Virus record (IMG/VR): IMGVR_UViG_3300048065_001264
Location: 13,815-77,814 of that record
DNA: 64,000 nucleotides
Direction: 5' to 3' (one strand)
Source of the DNA: a virus
A model generated the notes under the pieces. That model was not told where the DNA came from. It searched no databases and saw only the letters and a program-made list of their open reading frames with translations. The number at the start of each line of letters is the position of its first letter. Position 1 is the stretch's first letter. Of the stretch, positions 58,855-64,000 are shown piece by piece. A program made the translations under genes and the position numbers.

Positions 58855-61815
58855 TTACCCAGCTATAAATACTCTGGTACTTAATAATGTTGGCAATCTT
58901 GCCCGTAAACCTGCCAATTGTCCTTGTTGGGCAGGCTTTGATGTAGTAATATATGGATCGTTGTGTACATGACCTGATAACCAACCGCATAATCCTGATA
59001 ACCATGCCACTGCCACATCACCTTTTAATACTGGATGTCTAAATGTTAAGTATTCACCGAGATGAATAGTCGGAGATACCATTGATGTGTGAGTAGCAGT
59101 AACAGTAACAAGTCGTTGAACTGCATTTATTGTAAATTCGTTATCAGTTGATAATCCGAACTTTCCCTTTCCATATAAAATTAATTCTTTTGTCTTTGCG
59201 GATAAAATTAATCTCTCTGAATTGATAACCACCTGATTACCGTCAAGTCTTGAAATTGGGTTTCCGAACATAACATTTCCGTTACCTGCCTCCTTTTCAA
59301 CTTCTTCTTCAACTTTATCCATGTTTTTATTAAAATTATTTTCTTTTACTTTTTTTGCTTTTTCAATTTCATTATTGACACTTTTCGTATCCTTCAAAAC
59401 ATTCAGATCGTCAGGATGTAGAAGAGATACGGCATTAAGATCAGCATTTTCTAAATGAGTTCCTTTTAGTGATTCTCTTGTTATTTCTTCACCACTATGA
59501 AAGTTATTTACTGATTCGGTTTGGTCCTTTGAATTAGTTGTTGGTGTAGTTTGTTGTTGATTTAGTGGTAAGCTCGCAGATGGTATTGATTCTGCGTTGT
59601 TAGAAGTTGGGTTTGTGTTTGTAAAAGTTTTATTATCATTAAGTTGGGAACTTGATGTTGTTTGGCCATTAAAAGATATTCCGTTTGTGTCTGGTTCGAA
59701 CTTAATCGTTCCTGTGTTTGCAACAGTTGTAGGAGAAGTTTGTTCAGTTTCTGTGTCATTTGTTGGAGTTGATTCACGATATAGTCCTGAAATTGGGTCA
59801 AATGACATAGTTGCTACTTGATTGTTTCCCTTTTGCAGTGAAATGTCAGTTTGACCAAAATTTGATGCCGATCCTCCAAGTGAACCAAGATCACTTAAAA
59901 TAGACTTGTATTGATAATCAAAATCTTGATTTCCACGTGCATACGCATCGTATGTTCCTTCATTTTTATATTTATTTCCGGCAAATAAAGTGAGTTGCTT
60001 ATCATCCATTAATTTAGTAGCCTCACCCTTTAAAGTATCCGTTAGACTTGAACCATACTCAATTTGATTTATCCAACCACACAAATCATTTAAAATATTA
60101 TCCAAATCAAATCCTGCAAATGCTCCGAAATTAAATTTTAAATTTCTTAACTTAGCAAATATACTTGCAAGTAGGTTTAAAAGTTCTAAATTTATACCAA
60201 TCGATAGCATCCAACCAAGTGTATTTTCTGTCTTTGAATTTTGGGGTTTGTTCTTGAGTCCAGAGCATATTGATTGAATTCCAAATGATGCTAACTTAAA
60301 TATTTTAAACATAGGGCTGTCGTCTGGTGTCATACCCATTTCTTCTGCGCCAGGTATCATCATACCAAGTGAGTTAGCCGCTGATATCGCCTGACCCTGT
60401 GGTGTTTTAAGTAAAGCACTTTTACCGGCAGACATACCTGATTTTGTTGCCGATACCAGTCCCTTCTCGAATGTAGAATTTAAGTTAAAATTTCCTTTTC
60501 CTATATTTGAAAAGAAACTTGAATCCGTTGAATTGTCAGGTGTTTCAATTACTTTTTTTGCCGTTGATTGTGGCATACTTTCAAACCTTTTACCGGCTGC
60601 CTTTCCATTAGATGACCCCATAGCTGCACTCATTGATGCTGTCATTGCACCTCCTAAGTCTTTTTTAGCTGCATATTTTGCTGTTTCTTTTTGGGGTTGA
60701 TATACAGTGGTGTCATAGTTTTTATTACCAGATGAATCTGTTGGGTTTTGTGATCTTGTCATATCAACGGTTGGTTCAGAAGACGATTTTATCGAACCCG
60801 TTCCAACTGAAGATTTTGATATTCCTGATAAACCCTCGAAGTTTTTTTTAATTTTCTTTTTCTTTTCCTGTGTATTTGGTGGAGGAGGTCCTACCAATGA
60901 ATGTTGAAATTTTGACAAAGTTTTACCAGAAGTTATATGAATAGAAGAACCGTCTGAATTAATATCCTCTTCGATAGTGTGTTGGAATATTTCTTCATCG
61001 TTTGCATCCTGCGTTGTATTGTTTCGTCTTTGTAGAGGTCGTTGACGATTTCTTATCAAAATACTTGGGTTTCCCCTATTTTCATCGTATCGTTCACCGT
61101 GTCCTACAAGTGTACCCACATCAAACTCAGGATCATCTTCGTAACAACCAAACCTAACACTCGATCCGAATCTACTTTCAATTATTAAATCACCTTCATA
61201 GTGTTTCAGTGGTCGTATTAAATCATTTGCCTTAAAATAATTTCCCAAATATGAATTTTGCATATTAATATCAGAACCTAAGTCGGATTTTACTTTTGCT
61301 CTTTTTAAAGAATTGGTTTTATTTTTTGTCAGTGGTCCCATTCCACCATATCTAGTTTCCCATCTATAATCAGCCGAGTTATTAATAAAGTTTCTTGAGT
61401 TTATTCTTCTTTGATAATACCAACTATCCAAATATTTTACTATTATAACCATTTCGTTTACCAGTGGGTATTCTTTGATACTATGATCAATAGGTATAAA
61501 CCATATTAATTCATCAGTAGGAGCATTTTCACTACTAAACACGGGTCTTGCTTTAATCCTACCTATGTAAGAATAATCGGGTTTATCTGGATTGGCGTAG
61601 TTGGTTGGCCATTCTGTTTTAACAATTTTGGGAGTATTCCCACTCTTAAAAATGGGATGAGTTTCATCTCGTATAACATCAAGAACTACCGCAGGCTCGT
61701 ATTCATAAAACTGAATTGTGTCTGGTTTATCAAGCTTCTGCTTCCTTAGAGATGATAGTGTTTGGCTATTTAATTCTCTCTTTGAATTTTTTTTAATGTA
61801 TGTTGTATATGCCAT
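58855..61815 (-). CDS. baseplate central spike/hub protein (gp5-like) with a large insertion
   Basis: OB-fold-like GRIKAR..YPLVNEMV, GD.IIESRFGSSVRFG, beta-helix-like INSERLILSAK, C-terminal H-x-H (GHVH). Confidence 0.75.
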   Translation of the reverse strand: MAYTTYIKKNSKRELNSQTLSSLRKQKLDKPDTIQFYEYEPAVVLDVIRDETHPIFKSGNTPKIVKTEWPTNYANPDKPDYSYIGRIKARPVFSSENAPTDELIWFIPIDHSIKEYPLVNEMVIIVKYLDSWYYQRRINSRNFINNSADYRWETRYGGMGPLTKNKTNSLKRAKVKSDLGSDINMQNSYLGNYFKANDLIRPLKHYEGDLIIESRFGSSVRFGCYEDDPEFDVGTLVGHGERYDENRGNPSILIRNRQRPLQRRNNTTQDANDEEIFQHTIEEDINSDGSSIHITSGKTLSKFQHSLVGPPPPNTQEKKKKIKKNFEGLSGISKSSVGTGSIKSSSEPTVDMTRSQNPTDSSGNKNYDTTVYQPQKETAKYAAKKDLGGAMTASMSAAMGSSNGKAAGKRFESMPQSTAKKVIETPDNSTDSSFFSNIGKGNFNLNSTFEKGLVSATKSGMSAGKSALLKTPQGQAISAANSLGMMIPGAEEMGMTPDDSPMFKIFKLASFGIQSICSGLKNKPQNSKTENTLGWMLSIGINLELLNLLASIFAKLRNLKFNFGAFAGFDLDNILNDLCGWINQIEYGSSLTDTLKGEATKLMDDKQLTLFAGNKYKNEGTYDAYARGNQDFDYQYKSILSDLGSLGGSASNFGQTDISLQKGNNQVATMSFDPISGLYRESTPTNDTETEQTSPTTVANTGTIKFEPDTNGISFNGQTTSSSQLNDNKTFTNTNPTSNNAESIPSASLPLNQQQTTPTTNSKDQTESVNNFHSGEEITRESLKGTHLENADLNAVSLLHPDDLNVLKDTKSVNNEIEKAKKVKENNFNKNMDKVEEEVEKEAGNGNVMFGNPISRLDGNQVVINSERLILSAKTKELILYGKGKFGLSTDNEFTINAVQRLVTVTATHTSMVSPTIHLGEYLTFRHPVLKGDVAVAWLSGLCGWLSGHVHNDPYITTSKPAQQGQLAGLRARLPTLLSTRVFIAG

Positions 61816-61824
61816 TACAAAAAT

Positions 61825-62247
61825 TCATTTTCCATTTTTAAGTTTATTTTCAACATTCTCTTCAAGAATTTCAAGTTCTTTATCAATAATGGTTTCTTGT
61901 TTCTTTGAAGATTCCATTTCAGTTCTAACATTGTTTAATAGTTCCTCTTTTTCAGAATCTGATAATAAACCCCCTCCTTCAGAAGAATCCGAGGAATTGG
62001 TGTTAGATAAAAACCTCTGAAGAACTGCTGATAATTTTACTAACTGATCATCATTTTTTATACCAACATCTAGATAATCTTTTATCATAGGTGCTATGAC
62101 TGTGGCAGACCCCACATCTTTTACCATTGTGTGTAAATCTTTGATAAGTTGATTAATTTGATCTTTCTTGTGAGATGAATTAAAATATATATCTTTTGCA
62201 AGTGAAGAAAATGTTTTTCCGTTAAATATTTCTGGGTCAGATTCCAT
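61825..62247 (-). CDS. helical protein (possible terminase small subunit)
   Basis: IF.GKTFS.L..DIY, P.IK.YL...IKND.QL.KL; function is a guess. Confidence 0.6.
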   Translation of the reverse strand: MESDPEIFNGKTFSSLAKDIYFNSSHKKDQINQLIKDLHTMVKDVGSATVIAPMIKDYLDVGIKNDDQLVKLSAVLQRFLSNTNSSDSSEGGGLLSDSEKEELLNNVRTEMESSKKQETIIDKELEILEENVENKLKNGK

Positions 62248-62290
62248 AATACATAAATATAAATGTATATATGTTTTTTTAAAATATCAA

Positions 62291-63007
62291 CTAATCAAGT
62301 TTACCTTCACTAAGATATTTTTTGTAAATTGAAGATTGTGTATCCTTCATCTTGTTAACAACTTTAGTAATGTTTTGAGTTTTACAATCTGTCATTTCTC
62401 GGATGTAGAGATATAATGCTTTTTTATTAAAATTTTCTATTCCCTCTCGTTTCCTAAAAATTTCAATAACCGCAGCTGCTATTCGGATGTCCTGTTCTTT
62501 TTTGAAATGTCTTTCTAAATTTTCATCCCAATAATCAATCATTAATGAAATAAATTCATCTAACTCTTTCTTTTTAATATCACTCTTTGGGTTATGAGTA
62601 AGTTCTTTTTGTTCATATACATTTTCATCATCATCTACACTGGTGTGTCGTTTAAATTTTTTATAGTTTCCGTTGTTATATAAAATTAGAAAGTTTTTTG
62701 CTATAATACTAAAATACGAAAATGCCTTTCCATTTTCTTGTTTGTATTTATGAATATTACTTACAAGATTACTAACCGTTTCTAATTGAACTTCTTCGTG
62801 ACTACATTGGAAGTACGAAAATTTAAATGTATTTAATATGTTTTCTGCCAATTTTTCAAATGGATATTTTATAAAATCATTATATATATTATTTCTTTCA
62901 ATTACATCTTCAGAGTTATTATATTTAATTATTGCGTCCTCAGTTTCCTGAGTAAAATACATTTTGTTTTTCTTGGTTCTTGGTTTTCTTTTTCTTTTTA
63001 ATGCCAC
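62291..63007 (-). CDS. late-transcription sigma factor-like protein (gp55-like)
   Basis: YFTQETEDAI..YN, KLAEN, FSYF, K...E.GKAFSYFSIIAKN region-2-like motif. Confidence 0.75.
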   Translation of the reverse strand: MALKRKRKPRTKKNKMYFTQETEDAIIKYNNSEDVIERNNIYNDFIKYPFEKLAENILNTFKFSYFQCSHEEVQLETVSNLVSNIHKYKQENGKAFSYFSIIAKNFLILYNNGNYKKFKRHTSVDDDENVYEQKELTHNPKSDIKKKELDEFISLMIDYWDENLERHFKKEQDIRIAAAVIEIFRKREGIENFNKKALYLYIREMTDCKTQNITKVVNKMKDTQSSIYKKYLSEGKLD

Positions 63008-63009
63008 TG

Positions 63010-63279
63010 CTATTCCTCGTTTATTTTTTTATCTAGGTCGGATATAATTTCGTTTATAGATGAAAAGGTCACACCAACATCGTCATCTGACTCAAATAAA
63101 TTTCGTGAATCCACATCACTTAATTGTGCTTTTGTTTTTCCAACTTCGTCCTTTATTTCTAATATCCAATTTTCATATATACTGTTTTTAACATATAAAT
63201 TTTTAATTATAAAAATTAAAATAAAAACTACTACTATAAGTGCAGTGGTAATAATATACCAAAAAAAAGTATCTATCAT
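63010..63279 (-). CDS. small membrane-anchored coiled-coil protein
   Basis: One N-terminal TM helix, FESDDDVG..F; likely start ATG at 63279. Confidence 0.65.
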   Translation of the reverse strand: MIDTFFWYIITTALIVVVFILIFIIKNLYVKNSIYENWILEIKDEVGKTKAQLSDVDSRNLFESDDDVGVTFSSINEIISDLDKKINEE

Positions 63280-63346
63280 GTAAGAACAATTAACAAATAT
63301 ATTTATATATGTCAATAAAATATTTTTTTAGTATATATTTTTTATA

Positions 63347-64000
63347 TCATTTATCTGATTTTTTATCATCAGTTGGTATATTTCCAAGTGTACTTCCTGG
63401 TATATATTTTCTATCTCGTTTGTACCTCTTTCTTAGTGTATATTCGTTATATGCTTCCATTGAAGTCTCTTTCCACGGAACATAATAAGGTCCTTTGTTG
63501 TTAGGTGAGGGTGTATCATATAATGGTGTCGAGGATACATTTTCATCTGATATTTCTTTCTTTATACTTCTATGTGTTGGAGTAGGAGTTGGTGTTGGAG
63601 TAGGTGTTGGAGTAGGTGTTGGAGTAGGTGTCGGAGTAGGTGTCGGGGTTGGTGTGGGAGTTGGTGTGGGAGTAGGTGTTGGAGTAGGTGTCGGGGTTGG
63701 TGTGGGAGTTGGGGTTGGTGTGGGAGTTGGTGTTGGTGTTGGAGTAGGTGTCGGAGTTGGTGTGGGAGTTGGGGTTGGTGTGGGAGTAGGTGTTGGAGTT
63801 GGGGTTGGTGTGGGAGTTGGAGTTGGGGTTGGTGTGGGAGTTGGAGTTGGGGTTGGTGTGGGAGTTGGAGTTGGGGTTGGTGTTGGAGTTGGAGTAGGTG
63901 TCGGAGTTGGTGTGGGTGTAGGTGTTGGTGTTGGAGTTGGGGTTGGTGTGGGAGTTGGTGTTGGAGTTGGAGTAGGTTTCGGAGTTGGTGTGGGTGTAGG
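63347..64000 (-). CDS. 3' end of a gene with a very long Pro-Thr repeat (…[17 protein letters not shown]…DDKKSDK*)
   Basis: Translated by hand: open frame from the window edge to TGA at 63349-63347; missing from the ORF track because the start lies outside the window. Confidence 0.8.
   Translation of the reverse strand, partial: PTPTPTPKPTPTPTPTPTPTPTPTPTPTPTPTPTPTPTPTPTPTPTPTPTPTPTPTPTPTPTPTPTPTPTPTPTPTPTPTPTPTPTPTPTPTPTPTPTPTPTPTPTPTPTPTPTPTPTPTPTPTPTPTPTPTPTPTPTPTPTHRSIKKEISDENVSSTPLYDTPSPNNKGPYYVPWKETSMEAYNEYTLRKRYKRDRKYIPGSTLGNIPTDDKKSDK
63575..64000. repeat. degenerate hexamer tandem repeat (CCNACN)n encoding at least ~70 Pro-Thr dipeptides
   Basis: ggagtt/ggtgtt/ggtgtg/ggagta units with third-position variation; one Thr>Lys substitution near 63977. 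Confidence 0.95.

Noticed and set aside
63287-63315. Sigma70 promoter upstream of the 63279 gene
   Set aside because: TTGACA is perfect but the -10 at 17 nt spacing (TAATTG) is poor; not listed as a feature
63575-64000. CRISPR array or telomere-like repeat
   Set aside because: No spacers; the hexamer varies only at codon third positions, consistent with Pro-Thr coding
1-64000. Stop-codon reassignment as seen in some large phages
   Set aside because: Core genes are full length in the standard code, and TAA, TAG and TGA all end genes cleanly
1-64000. tRNA or other RNA genes
   Set aside because: Intergenic gaps are short and AT-rich; no cloverleaf or T-loop GTTCRA context was found by eye (tRNAscan-SE would be decisive)

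Overview
AT-rich window of a large tailed (myovirus) phage genome. All credible genes lie on the minus strand. It carries a T4-like morphogenesis set: tail tube, sheath, neck proteins, major capsid protein, scaffold, prohead protease, portal, large terminase, baseplate gp6/gp25/gp5-like proteins, giant 2047-aa and 3552-aa baseplate/receptor-binding proteins, and a gp55-like late sigma factor. A replication/recombination block (RuvC-like, primase, SbcD/SbcC) sits in the middle. Main observations: (1) the Mre11/SbcD nuclease is split in two by a translationally coupled GT9-like glycosyltransferase gene; its C-terminal part is fused to Rad50/SbcC, and both new ends carry short extensions that look like halves of one small module. 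(2) Many proteins have helical leaders and (L/I/V/M)-x-E sites at domain boundaries, suggesting prohead-protease-processed cargo; these include a nucleotidyltransferase/ligase-like fusion, a P-loop kinase and a possible RNase. (3) Two promoter classes (sigma70-like, and a phage ATATTTAT motif) often sit so close to the start codon that the mRNAs appear leaderless. (4) A ~90-aa repeat is shared between the two giant tail proteins, which also carry dockerin-like, LysM, LamG and Pro-Thr linker elements. All calls come from motif recognition by eye; no database searches were run.
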